Position numbers and translations under genes: made by a program | Shown: one piece after another, positions 10,201 to 20,339 of the stretch | Position numbering within the stretch: position 1 is the first letter of the stretch | Layout of the letters: each line of letters begins with the position of its first letter | Notes under the pieces: generated by a model | Told to the model about the DNA's origin: nothing | The model's input: only the letters and a program-made list of their open reading frames with translations | Databases searched by the model: none | Source: Nitrospinales bacterium | GTDB lineage: Bacteria; Nitrospinota; Nitrospinia; Nitrospinales; VA-1 | Reading direction: 5' to 3' | Assembly: GCA_965223345.1 (NCBI GenBank) | Contig: CBDCWG010000012.1 | Location: 1,216,001-1,280,000 of the forward strand | DNA length: 64,000 nt

Positions 10201-10433
10201 TTGACCGTGAAAAAACCGATGTGGGTGACCAGGTCTTCCCGGGTTTCTACAGGAAGGTCTTCCTCGAGATTTTCGATGTCGATCCATTTGTAGTGCCCGT
10301 TCCAGCAATTGAGGGTGACCACAGTGTTGCCGTACCAGTCCATCGTGCGATTCAGAAAGATCGGAGCCTGGCATCGCTGGCAATAGCCTCGTATCGACAG
10401 GGTCGATGGGCACTCTGTGTTTGCGTTTTCCAT
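10197..10433 (-). CDS. Small putative zinc-binding protein
   Basis: CQRC...CWNGH motifs; stop codon overlaps the next gene's ATG (ATGA). Confidence 0.6.
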   Translation of the reverse strand: MENANTECPSTLSIRGYCQRCQAPIFLNRTMDWYGNTVVTLNCWNGHYKWIDIENLEEDLPVETREDLVTHIGFFTVK

Positions 10434-10666
10434 CGGGCAAAAATTCAACGGCTGCGAACATTTTAATGAATCAAACCATATTAAGAAATTGTAGGCTCAA
10501 AAATCGCCGGAGGGCAAGATATATTTGCGTTTCCCCGCAATTTGAATTTTTTGCACATCTTAAAATGTCAAGTATTTTTTGCCGGCAACCGGCTTTAAAG
10601 CCCCGTGCGAAGCGGTCTTCCGACCGGGGATGTGGCGGGAAAGAAAAGGGGGAGAGCGGGAAACGT

Positions 10667-11245
<579 letters not shown>

Positions 11246-11403
11246 GTTTCGGGGGCTTCGGCTGCCGGAAGCGCGATTCCAAATAGAATTTTTTTCAAGA
11301 CTGTTTTATTATAGACGCAATCCGTCGCAAACCCCGGTTGGAAAATTCATTCCGCCCCCGGAACCCATCGGGGTGTGACGTTTTTTTCGAGAAGAGGAAC
11401 GAC

Positions 11404-11796
11404 ATGGCAGGAGCTTCCTATCAAATACAAGTGCGGCACATCCTGGTGGACAAAAAGGAAGTCGCGGACCTTCTGATGGAAACCATCAATTCGGTCAAGT
11501 CCGGCACCGGGCGCGTCAAGATGCTGATGAACCTCGCGGAAAAATACAGCCAGTGCGCCTCCAAATCGGAAGGCGGCAACCTGGGCTGGCTGGAGCTGGG
11601 CTGGAACGCGGAGGACCCGAGAAAACCGCGCGGCGGATTCAAGAAGCTGGAAAATGAAGAGCTGTACGACTCCATCTGCGAAGGATTGGAAAAACGCACG
11701 CTGGACAGCAAGGTGGCGTACGGTCCCGTCAAAACCCGCGAAGGCTACCACCTGGTGATGGTGGCGAACGAGTTCCACACCGACCGCATTCTTTAA
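11404..11796 (+). CDS. Parvulin-type peptidyl-prolyl isomerase
   Basis: VRHILV, AEKYSQCASKSEGGNLGW, GPVKTREGYHLV; GAGGA RBS. Confidence 0.85.
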   Translation: MAGASYQIQVRHILVDKKEVADLLMETINSVKSGTGRVKMLMNLAEKYSQCASKSEGGNLGWLELGWNAEDPRKPRGGFKKLENEELYDSICEGLEKRTLDSKVAYGPVKTREGYHLVMVANEFHTDRIL

Positions 11797-11915
11797 GCGC
11801 TTCTCCTGTTAAAAGTATCTCCCTTCATTTCTTCTATTGCCGGGTCTCTTTCCCAATAAATAACGAGCGGGCAAACGTCACAGCTTGCAGACGCACAGCA
11901 GTTGGATGTGTGTTT

Positions 11916-13031
11916 TTATTCTGAAAGCGTGGGTGTCGCCAGGGAGGGCTGTTTCTTTTCCGCTTCGACGAAGTTGTAGGCGAAGCAGCCGCTGGAGCAG
12001 CGCACCATGTAGTGCGGGCAGGAGGCGCAGGGTTCCTTGACTTTGGTTTCTTCGAACACATTGTTCAAAAACCGCGAGCCCATTTTGGCCATGGCGATGG
12101 AATTGACTTCTTTGAATTCATCGACGTTGGCGAGCTTGAGGTTGTGGAAGGGGAAGCAGTTGAAGCAGTCCCCCTTGCTGTCGATGTCCATCGGGCTGCC
12201 GTCGGCGCAGCCGAAATAGAGGTCCTGCGACTTCCATTCCATCAGGTCCGGCACCTGTTTGTTGCCGTGAAAGTAGATGCGCTCGGTCAGCGAGTATTCG
12301 TCCTCTTCAATCTCATCGATGAAGCAGGGTGGAAACGAACAGTCGAAGCGGAAGCACATCTGCGGGAATGCCTTGAGAATGTCGAGCATCCGGCGTCCCA
12401 TCTTCGGGAAGTCGCGGATGGGCAGGTAGTCGTTTTTCACATCGCCGATGATGGGGAACGCGGGGCTGACGCGGATCTTGTACAACTGGTCTTTCGGCAG
12501 GCCCACTTCCTGGTAGATGGCGTCGATCTCGGCGCATTGGGTGCGCAGGTCCTGGTGCTTGGAATACAGGTTGATGCTGAACGTGATGCTGTAGCCGTTG
12601 ATGCGCAGCAATTCGCGCGCCACCTGTCCGCAGCGGGCGTGGTTTTTTTCCGAGATGTTCTCGCGGGTCTGCCAGTTGAGCAGGATGGCGAAGTACACGT
12701 TGCGCTTGATCGAACCGTTGACGCCGGCGGTGCGCTTGAACAGGTCGAGCACTTTATCGGGCATAAGCCCGTTGGAAAACACGCTGAGCGCGGAGTAGGG
12801 ATTGACCGTATCCAGGGTGCGGGTGAAAATCTCGTTGAATAGGGGATGCAGGGTGGGCTCGCCGCCCATGAAATTGATGATGGGGGTGTTCTGGATCTTC
12901 GGCAGCAGGGTGTCGGTGAAGTAGTCGAATTCCATGGATTTTCCGGGCGTCCGCACGGTCTCTTCCATGTATTCGTCGGCAAAACAGTAATTGCACTTCA
13001 AATTGCAATAACTGTTTAAAATGATATTCAT
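11916..13031 (-). CDS. Radical SAM protein with a SPASM-like Cys-rich C-terminus
   Basis: CNLKCNYC, GGEPTLHP, C-terminal CASCPHYMVRCSSGC. Confidence 0.9.
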   Translation of the reverse strand: MNIILNSYCNLKCNYCFADEYMEETVRTPGKSMEFDYFTDTLLPKIQNTPIINFMGGEPTLHPLFNEIFTRTLDTVNPYSALSVFSNGLMPDKVLDLFKRTAGVNGSIKRNVYFAILLNWQTRENISEKNHARCGQVARELLRINGYSITFSINLYSKHQDLRTQCAEIDAIYQEVGLPKDQLYKIRVSPAFPIIGDVKNDYLPIRDFPKMGRRMLDILKAFPQMCFRFDCSFPPCFIDEIEEDEYSLTERIYFHGNKQVPDLMEWKSQDLYFGCADGSPMDIDSKGDCFNCFPFHNLKLANVDEFKEVNSIAMAKMGSRFLNNVFEETKVKEPCASCPHYMVRCSSGCFAYNFVEAEKKQPSLATPTLSE

Positions 13032-13184
13032 GACACGCCTCCCGCAGGGGTTCGGCCGGATTCCGGGCAGCCGTTAAACCTCCAGAAAAAGGCTTTTTAG
13101 GAGGTGTTCGGTGTTTCACCTACAGGCTGTAGGAAATAGCCCTACCATCATACCACCCCGGGAGGGGGTTTGCAGCAATTCGGC

Positions 13185-13469
13185 TCAGGGCTCGAATTTT
13201 TTTCTGCGGCGCAGGATCTGGGAGGTGCCGGCGTGCGCCACCAGTTTCAGCTCGAATGGGTGGGTGCGGGAGATGTTGATCAGGCTCTGGATGGCCTTGT
13301 CCTTGGCGTCGGTTTCGTCCTCGCCCTCGCATTTCATCTCCCAGGCGTTGTCCACGGTCGGGATTTTTTCGATGCCGTGCTCCTCCATCCTCAGCAGGAT
13401 GTCCTTTTTGTCTCCTTCCTGAATGTCGTTGAATTGCGCGACGATCAAAACATTGTAAACCTGGCTCAC
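13185..13469 (-). CDS. Hypothetical protein (94 aa)
   Basis: GTG start with a strong AAGGAGG RBS; globular-looking composition. Confidence 0.7.
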   Translation of the reverse strand: MSQVYNVLIVAQFNDIQEGDKKDILLRMEEHGIEKIPTVDNAWEMKCEGEDETDAKDKAIQSLINISRTHPFELKLVAHAGTSQILRRRKKFEP

Positions 13470-13669
13470 GGATGACCTCCTTTCGCTTTGCCTTGCCGAT
13501 GCCGGGAGCCGATAGTGTATACTAGGCCCGGTCAAAATCCCAGCCCACACCGCCCGCGTGTGGGGGGCCGCCTTCAACAAGCCATTTTTTCGAGCGCCGT
13601 TCCCGTTCCCCGTGTTGCGGCCGTTTTCGATTACAAACCCTAGCTTCACCCATCCGAACCGGGTTCCCC

Positions 13670-15172
13670 TTGTCTTTTCTCCAACGCTTTCTCGCCAATG
13701 TGTTCTGGACGGTTTTCGGCAAGATCTGTGTGCAGGGGATTCTGATCGCGGTTTCCATCGCGCTCACCCGCTATCTGGGCAAGGAGCGGCTGGGGGTGTA
13801 CGCCACGCTGCTCGTCATCCCGGCGTTCGTCCGCCTGCTCAATCAGTTCGGTCTGGAAACGCTGATCAACAAGAAACTGCCGGAGCTGAACGTGCACGAC
13901 CCCGGCGGCGGCCAGGGCCGCTTTCTCGTGCGGCGGTTGCTGTGGGTGCGGTTGCTATCCGCCGGGGTGTTTGGCGCTCTGATCTATTTTTTTCTGCCGC
14001 ATTACCTCGACTTCATTCAAAGGCCGGATCTGCTTTCCTTCCGCTGGGTGCTGGTGGTTTATTTTTTCGTGATCACGCTCGATTCCCTGTTCAGCACGCT
14101 GTTCATGACATTGCTGCGCTACCGGCTGGTTTCTCTGGTCGAAACGGCGAGCGCCCTTTGCAATCTGTCGTTGCTCATTCTGTTCATCGTGTGGGACTGG
14201 GGAATCGAAGGTGTGCTTTGGGCCTACGTCCTTTCGATGTTGTTGACGCTTTCGGTTTACAGCGCGCTCGCCATCCGCGAATTCAAAGGCGAGGTCCGGC
14301 CCGTTCAATGGGGGGAGATGAAGCACCTCGCCTGGGTGTCCTACGGCATCAGCCTGCTCAGTTTCGGGTTGCTCACGCAGAGCGACGTGCTGTTGATGAA
14401 TTATTTTCAGGTCGCGGACGCGGACATCGGTTACTATCATCTCGCTTACGGACTCGCGGTGATGGCGGCGTTCGTCATGGCCGGGTTCGGGCCGCTGGCC
14501 TTGTCGCTTTTTTCCGAGACGTTCGCCAAAGAAGCGCACGCTGGTCTTTCCCGGACGTGGTGCGAGATCGTCGGGTTCTCGGCCTTTCTCACGGTGCCGA
14601 TTTACGTGTTCGTTTTTTTCAATGCCGAGGAGCTGATCCGTTTCGTCTACGGCGCGCAATACACCGGTGCGGCGGGCGTGCTGGCCCTGTTCGTCGTATT
14701 CCTCGGTGCGAGTGTGGTCCTGGGCAGCAATTTCACGGTCTCGACGCTGTTCGTGCTGGAAAAAAGAAAGTCCGCCATGCGCTCCACCGTCGAGGGCAGC
14801 GTCCTGAACGTGGCGCTCAACCTGCTGCTGATCCCGCGGTTCGGGATGCTCGGCGCTGCGTTGGCCACAGGCGCGGTGATGCTCTACATGGTGCTCAGGC
14901 AGCTTTGGGAAATTCAGAAAGCCATCCGCATCCGGCCTGTGTTTGCGGTGATGGGAAAATGTTTTTTCCTGTCTCTGGCTGCGGCGCTGCCGCTGTTCGT
15001 GCTGGATGCCTTCATGCAGGGACATCTGATCGTCAACGCAGCGGTTTATGGCGCGGGTTTTCTGCTGCTCATGCTGTGGCGCAAGCCGATCACCGAGGAG
15101 CACCGGCGCATATTGACGGACCTGTATCCGCGGCTCGACGGCTGGGTGCGCTGTTTTGTGCGCGGCACCTGA
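13670..15172 (+). CDS. Oligosaccharide flippase (Wzx/MOP superfamily)
   Basis: LTRYLGKERLGVY; about 12-14 TM helices; LNLLLIPRFGMLGAALAT. Confidence 0.88.
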   Translation: MSFLQRFLANVFWTVFGKICVQGILIAVSIALTRYLGKERLGVYATLLVIPAFVRLLNQFGLETLINKKLPELNVHDPGGGQGRFLVRRLLWVRLLSAGVFGALIYFFLPHYLDFIQRPDLLSFRWVLVVYFFVITLDSLFSTLFMTLLRYRLVSLVETASALCNLSLLILFIVWDWGIEGVLWAYVLSMLLTLSVYSALAIREFKGEVRPVQWGEMKHLAWVSYGISLLSFGLLTQSDVLLMNYFQVADADIGYYHLAYGLAVMAAFVMAGFGPLALSLFSETFAKEAHAGLSRTWCEIVGFSAFLTVPIYVFVFFNAEELIRFVYGAQYTGAAGVLALFVVFLGASVVLGSNFTVSTLFVLEKRKSAMRSTVEGSVLNVALNLLLIPRFGMLGAALATGAVMLYMVLRQLWEIQKAIRIRPVFAVMGKCFFLSLAAALPLFVLDAFMQGHLIVNAAVYGAGFLLLMLWRKPITEEHRRILTDLYPRLDGWVRCFVRGT

Positions 15173-15193
15173 ACTTTCAACGAACGGAATGCG

Positions 15194-16243
15194 ATGAGCG
15201 ATTGCATGGAGTTTGAGTTTTGCGGTAAGCCTCTGGGTGCGGGGCATCCGCCTTTGATCGTCGCGGAAGTGGGGTTCAACCACAACGGCGATGTGGAGCT
15301 GGCCAAGCGGATGATCGAAGCCGCCGCGCGCTGCGGCGCCGATGCGGTGAAGTTGCAGACCTTCGTGGCGGGGGAGTTCATATCGCGGCGCGAGAGGGCG
15401 CCGGACCCGGAGCAGCCTGAAAACACCATCCCGATTTACCAGTTCTTCGAGCGTTCCGAACTCAACCGCGAGCAGTACGCGGCGCTGTTCGCGCACGCCC
15501 GCGCATTGGGGGTGCCGCTTTTCTCGACGCCGTTCGACGACGCGTCGCTCAAATGGCTCATCGATCTGAAAACCCCGGCTCTCAAGGTGGCCTCGCCGGA
15601 TCTCACCCACCTCGCGTTCATCCGCGAGATGGCCGCATGCGGCGTGCCGCTGGTGATCTCGACAGGCATGGGCACATCACAAGAAATCGCGGCGGCGCTC
15701 GATGCGGCGCGCACGGCGGGCAACGAGCGCGTGCTGCTTTTGCACTGTGTGTCCAATTATCCCGCGCGCCATGAAGAGATGAACCTGAACTGCCTCAAGC
15801 ACATGCGGGAAGAATTCAACGTGCCGGTGGGGCTATCGGATCACACGACCGACAATCTGTCGGCGATCGTCGCGGCTTCTCTGGGAGCGGTGATGATCGA
15901 AAAGCATTTCACGATCGACCGGGCGCTTCCCGGAGCCGACAACGCGATCTCCATGCAGCCGGAGGATCTGCGGGCGCTGGTGGCGGCGACGCGTGCGGTT
16001 CCGCTGTTATTAGGGGACGGTAACCGGCGTTTGCAGGATTCGGAGGTTCCCGTCAAGGCCGCGGCGCGGCGCAGCCTGGTCGCCCGCCGCGACATCGAAG
16101 CCGGAACGGTGCTCACGCAGGATCTCATCGCGGTGAAACGGCCGGGCACCGGCATCGCGCCGGGTGACATCGACCGGTTGCTGGGGAAAAAAACCAAAAC
16201 CAGGGTTCTCGCCGATCAGCTGTTCGACTGGGACATGGTCTGA
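15194..16243 (+). CDS. N-acetylneuraminate synthase family (NeuB/SpsE/PseI) protein with C-terminal SAF domain
   Basis: AEVGFNHNGD, ADAVKLQT, LHCVSNYP, GLSDHT, IEKHFT, KRPGTGI. Confidence 0.92.
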   Translation: MSDCMEFEFCGKPLGAGHPPLIVAEVGFNHNGDVELAKRMIEAAARCGADAVKLQTFVAGEFISRRERAPDPEQPENTIPIYQFFERSELNREQYAALFAHARALGVPLFSTPFDDASLKWLIDLKTPALKVASPDLTHLAFIREMAACGVPLVISTGMGTSQEIAAALDAARTAGNERVLLLHCVSNYPARHEEMNLNCLKHMREEFNVPVGLSDHTTDNLSAIVAASLGAVMIEKHFTIDRALPGADNAISMQPEDLRALVAATRAVPLLLGDGNRRLQDSEVPVKAAARRSLVARRDIEAGTVLTQDLIAVKRPGTGIAPGDIDRLLGKKTKTRVLADQLFDWDMV

Positions 16244-16269
16244 ACCGATTTCAACGCACCGCAAATCGT

Positions 16270-17271
16270 TCAGTTGGCGCGCGCGTTTTCTTCGGCGCGC
16301 ACTGCGTCGCGCCCGGCTGTGGGCAGCCGGCACAGCCCCGCGACCAGGCTGCCGAGGATGCAGTGCGTCAGGGCGGAGATCGCGCCGGGGACGGTGGCGA
16401 GGGCGAAGCCGGGGAAGTTGGAACGGGCGAGCTCGGTCGCCAGCCCGGAGTTCTGCATACCCACTTCCACCGAAACGGTCTGGGCGTCCCTGTTCTCGAA
16501 TTTCAATACGCGCGACAGCAGGTATCCCAGGAGAAAACCCAGCGCATGCAGCGTGACGACGGCGGCCAGCAGAGGCAGGCCGGTTGCGACGATGGCGTCT
16601 TTTTTTGCCGCCAGGATGAAATCGACGATGAACACGATGGAAAGCACCGCTGCGAAGGGGGTGTAGGCGTTGATCTTTTTCACGCCCTCATGAAACCAGT
16701 GGTTGATCATCACGCCTGCGAGAACCGGCAGCACCACCACCTGGAAGGTGTCGATCAAAAGCGCCAGCGTGTCCACCTCGATGGCGGCGCCCAACAAATC
16801 CTCGGACAGCGAGCGGATGAGCCAGGTGGTCAATAGCGGCGTCATCAGCACCGCGATCAGCGTGGACACGGTGGTCAGGCTCACCGACAGGGCCACGTTG
16901 ACCCGCGCGATGAAACACACGACGTTCGATGCGGTGCCGCCGGGACAGCAGGCGACCAGCACCAGGCCGATCACATAATCGATGGGAAGGTGAAAGGCGC
17001 GCGCCAGCAAGAATCCCAACAGCGGCATGATGCCGTATTGCAGGCCGACGCCCACAAAGATCGAGCGGGGGATTTTGAGGATGCGGGCAAAATCTTTAAT
17101 CTCGAGGGTCAGGCCCATGCTGAGCATGATGACGCCGAGAAAAAAAGGAATCCATTGCGGTTGAAACCAGGTGGCCGTCGCCGGTTCCCACAGGGCGAGT
17201 GCGGCTCCCAGCACGACCCAGACGGGAAAGGCGTTGGCGAGGGCAATGAAGAACCGTTCGGCAGGGGACAC
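16270..17271 (-). CDS. Bile acid:sodium symporter (BASS) family transporter
   Basis: MLSMGLTL, CCPGGTASN, EVGMQNSGLA. Confidence 0.92.
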   Translation of the reverse strand: MSPAERFFIALANAFPVWVVLGAALALWEPATATWFQPQWIPFFLGVIMLSMGLTLEIKDFARILKIPRSIFVGVGLQYGIMPLLGFLLARAFHLPIDYVIGLVLVACCPGGTASNVVCFIARVNVALSVSLTTVSTLIAVLMTPLLTTWLIRSLSEDLLGAAIEVDTLALLIDTFQVVVLPVLAGVMINHWFHEGVKKINAYTPFAAVLSIVFIVDFILAAKKDAIVATGLPLLAAVVTLHALGFLLGYLLSRVLKFENRDAQTVSVEVGMQNSGLATELARSNFPGFALATVPGAISALTHCILGSLVAGLCRLPTAGRDAVRAEENARAN

Positions 17272-17280
17272 GGAAACGGA

Positions 17281-17925
17281 TCAGGGTTTTTTCTGTACGA
17301 TGATGCTGGAGAAGGCGACCTTGCCGTTGTCGAAGGCCTGGTAGCGGATGACCTTGAGGTTTTTGAAAATGGTCAGCAGTTCGTTTTCCTTAAGCAGGTA
17401 TTTCGGATTGAACTTGGAGTATTTCAGGTAATCGGTGTTGTAGGTTTCCACCACCGCCATGCCGCCGGGTTTCAATGCTTCGGCGAACTGGGTGAACAGG
17501 CTGCGCTGCATGTAATAGGTGCAGACGATCAGATCGTAGGCATTCTTTTCCAACTGGTGGGTTTCCAGATCGACGATTTGGGTTTCGATCTGCACGTTGT
17601 GCTGCGCCGCCAGTTTGTGGGCTTTGTCCAGACCCTTCTGCGAGATGTCGAGCCCGAGCACGTCGAAGCCCTGTGTGGCGAGATACACCCCGTTGCGTCC
17701 TTCGCCCATCGCCAGATCCACCGCCCGGCCCATGGGCAGAAGGTGGATGTTTTCCTTCAGGAACGCGATGGGCCGGGTGCCGAAGAGGTAGCTGTCGGCG
17801 TCCTTGTAATGCTCGTCCCAGCGTTCCGCATCCCTGGGCTTGGCTTCCCCGGTTTCGATTTGCAGCGCCAGCAGGCTGAAGAGGGTCAGAAAAAGAGCAC
17901 AACTTCGGGCGATCGAAGCGTTCAT
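17281..17925 (-). CDS. Class I SAM-dependent methyltransferase (TehB-like) with an N-terminal hydrophobic signal-like segment
   Basis: RWDEHY, AVDLAMGEGRNGVYLATQGFDV, ALKPGG. Confidence 0.85.
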   Translation of the reverse strand: MNASIARSCALFLTLFSLLALQIETGEAKPRDAERWDEHYKDADSYLFGTRPIAFLKENIHLLPMGRAVDLAMGEGRNGVYLATQGFDVLGLDISQKGLDKAHKLAAQHNVQIETQIVDLETHQLEKNAYDLIVCTYYMQRSLFTQFAEALKPGGMAVVETYNTDYLKYSKFNPKYLLKENELLTIFKNLKVIRYQAFDNGKVAFSSIIVQKKP

Positions 17926-18081
17926 GGGCGTTTTCCTTTGCGGATTTTTCCCGTCATTCTACCGCAACCCCCTGACCTGTCAAGCCGATTTCCCCGTTTG
18001 CTTTGGGCGCAGGCGCGTTGTAGAATGCTTTCACCACAAAGCTCCAATTCCGTCGATTCCGCGATCCCATGGGAGGTCCGC

Positions 18082-18639
18082 ATGCCCGTTCTTACACGGA
18101 TTTTTCAAAGCCTGGTTCTCGTTCTTTGTGTGTCCGTCGTCTGCTTTCCGATGTTCGCATCCGCAAAAGCCGCGGAACCGAAAAAACCGGTGGCGCAGTC
18201 CTCCGACCGCAGGTTCAGCGATTTCGGCGACGGCACCGTGCTGGATACGAAAACGGGACTCATGTGGATGAAAAAGGACTACTGGCAGCGTGAGGGCAAA
18301 TGGGTCAACTGGTACACGGCCAACGAATACGCGCAGAGGATGAACAACAAGAATTTCGCCGGTTACGACGACTGGCGTCTGCCGACGCCGGATGAGGCGG
18401 CGAGCCTGTACGACCGCCGCAAGCGCAATGTGGATAAAGACGGGGACAAGATCTACCTCGACCGCATGTTCCCGAAAGGCGCGGGATGGAGCACGTGGAC
18501 CAGTGAGGAAAAGAGCAGCAAGGCGGTGGTGGTTTCCCTGAAAGACGAAGGTGGAAGCGCCTATCAGGATAAGATCACCGGAGTCGATGCGTTTCTCCGC
18601 CTGGTGCGCGGACCGCTGTCCTCGGCAAAAATACAATGA
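18082..18639 (+). CDS. Exported Lcl/DUF1566 domain protein
   Basis: GGAGG RBS; signal peptide; DGTVLDTKTGLMW, GYDDWRLPT. Confidence 0.88.
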   Translation: MPVLTRIFQSLVLVLCVSVVCFPMFASAKAAEPKKPVAQSSDRRFSDFGDGTVLDTKTGLMWMKKDYWQREGKWVNWYTANEYAQRMNNKNFAGYDDWRLPTPDEAASLYDRRKRNVDKDGDKIYLDRMFPKGAGWSTWTSEEKSSKAVVVSLKDEGGSAYQDKITGVDAFLRLVRGPLSSAKIQ

Positions 18640-19085
18640 CGGCCTTGTCCCCGCAGTTTGATGCTGCCGGGACATCCCCTACCAGCAAAGAATTCAAAGC
18701 CATTTCCCTCCGGCACGGCTGACTGCGCGGGTCGTTTTTTTACTACAGACGAATCGAAGTTTCGCAGCGCCCGAATCACCGTTTTCGCTCTCCCTTTTTT
18801 TGCACCCATCTCCCATACTGTCATCATAAACCCACCGGATTGGATGACCGGTGTTTGAGCGCAGATCCCGCCGAATCGGGCGATCGCAGCCTGTTCGTGC
18901 GGGAAAGCGGGGTGGAAAACATCCGGGGCAGGGATTATGATTGAGACAACTCACTACTTCAGTCTCAATACGGAGGTTCGGCAAGTGCAGGCCGCAAGGG
19001 GGGTGGCCGCCCGACTCAGGAACACCTGCTTTAAAACGAAACAGGTTCTCAAACGAAAATCCATCTTCAGCACAGGAGAGACGCA

Positions 19086-19715
19086 ATGAATGACCCAAAA
19101 CGTTTTTGCCCGGTTCTACTGCTCGTGATCCTTTTTGCCGCTTCCTCGACCGCCCTGTTCGCGAAAGATGCGCATGCCAATCCTCTCAAGGGCTACACCA
19201 TTCATGTGACCGCGCCGCACATCATGGACGGGGAAGTCATCGGTCCGTTTCATCATTTCTGCAAGCCCATCAACAGCGACATCATCCAGTGCGTGCTGTT
19301 CGAATCCACCGACGAGAACGCGCGCATGACCGAAATCGAATACATGGTTTCCAAGAAACTGGCTCGCTCGGTCATTCCCAAATGGTCGCACACGAAAAAC
19401 TGGCACGACCACAAGCAGGAAATCGAAACCGGCCGCGTGGCCATCCTGAATCCGACCGACGCGGAGGAGCAGAAAAAGCTCGCCGAGTACGTCAGCGACA
19501 CCGATGGAATCATCTTCCACCTCTGGCCGCACGACGCGCCGATCCCCGATGGGTCGGTGAGCATCGCCCAATCGGTCGGGCATTGGGAAGCCATTCACGG
19601 TAAGCTGGATGAAACGGCCCAGAGCGCACCATCCGGTTCCGACGATGAGTCGGGGTTTTTCGCCAATATTCTTGAGAAACTGGGTATCCAGGAAGTGCAG
19701 GGAGCATTCAAGTAA
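19086..19715 (+). CDS. Exported DUF1264 (OBAP-like) protein
   Basis: AGGAG RBS; signal peptide; HHFCK...IIQCVLFES...EIEYMVS, WHDH, FHLW. Confidence 0.8.
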   Translation: MNDPKRFCPVLLLVILFAASSTALFAKDAHANPLKGYTIHVTAPHIMDGEVIGPFHHFCKPINSDIIQCVLFESTDENARMTEIEYMVSKKLARSVIPKWSHTKNWHDHKQEIETGRVAILNPTDAEEQKKLAEYVSDTDGIIFHLWPHDAPIPDGSVSIAQSVGHWEAIHGKLDETAQSAPSGSDDESGFFANILEKLGIQEVQGAFK

Positions 19716-19824
19716 GGCGGTTTCGTTCGGACGCCGGCCCGGCGGAACCTTGCGGGCCGGCGCCGAAAGGCCGCAAATGCGCAACGGAAACATTCAATTG
19801 CAGCAGGATCGTGAGAACCAGAGG

Positions 19825-20268
19825 ATGAACGTGATGTGGAGCAAAAAAAATTCAGCGATGATGGCCGTCGCCCTGTTTCTTTCACTCGCCGTCGGAAGCG
19901 CCGGGGCGTTTCACCCCAGCATCTATGAGCCGCGGGTGCCCGCGGAAATTCTGGAAAAAGTCCAGGACATGGAGAACCCCTATCCGGCGACGCCCGAACG
20001 GGTGGAGGCAGGAAAGAAGATCTATTTCGGCAAGGGGCTCTGCGTCACCTGCCACAGCAACAACGGCAAAGGGGTGCGCATTCCCGGTCACTCGCCGCGC
20101 GATTTCACCAACACCAAATGGCAGGAGACGCGGACGGACGGCGAGTTGATGTGGGTGCTTAGAAACGGCAGCCCGGGGACGGGGATGCCGGTGCGGATTG
20201 GAAAAGTGATCGATGAGGAGGAGGGCTGGAACGTCATTCATTACATCCGCACGTTTGCGGGAAAATGA
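19825..20268 (+). CDS. Monoheme c-type cytochrome (class I)
   Basis: Signal peptide; CVTCH; PRDFT, DGELMWVLRNGSPGTGMP (candidate distal Met). Confidence 0.88.
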   Translation: MNVMWSKKNSAMMAVALFLSLAVGSAGAFHPSIYEPRVPAEILEKVQDMENPYPATPERVEAGKKIYFGKGLCVTCHSNNGKGVRIPGHSPRDFTNTKWQETRTDGELMWVLRNGSPGTGMPVRIGKVIDEEEGWNVIHYIRTFAGK

Positions 20269-20339
20269 TGATTGTCGAGCGCCGTGCGCCGCAGGGCTTT
20301 GCGGTGGAAGGGCTCTCGTGAAAGATAAGGAGGTGCGTC

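Noticed and set aside
13955..15610. 551-aa minus-strand ORF (and the 552-aa alternate-frame ORF at 13558)
   Set aside because: Overlaps the well-supported flippase and NeuB genes; Arg-rich, non-protein-like composition.
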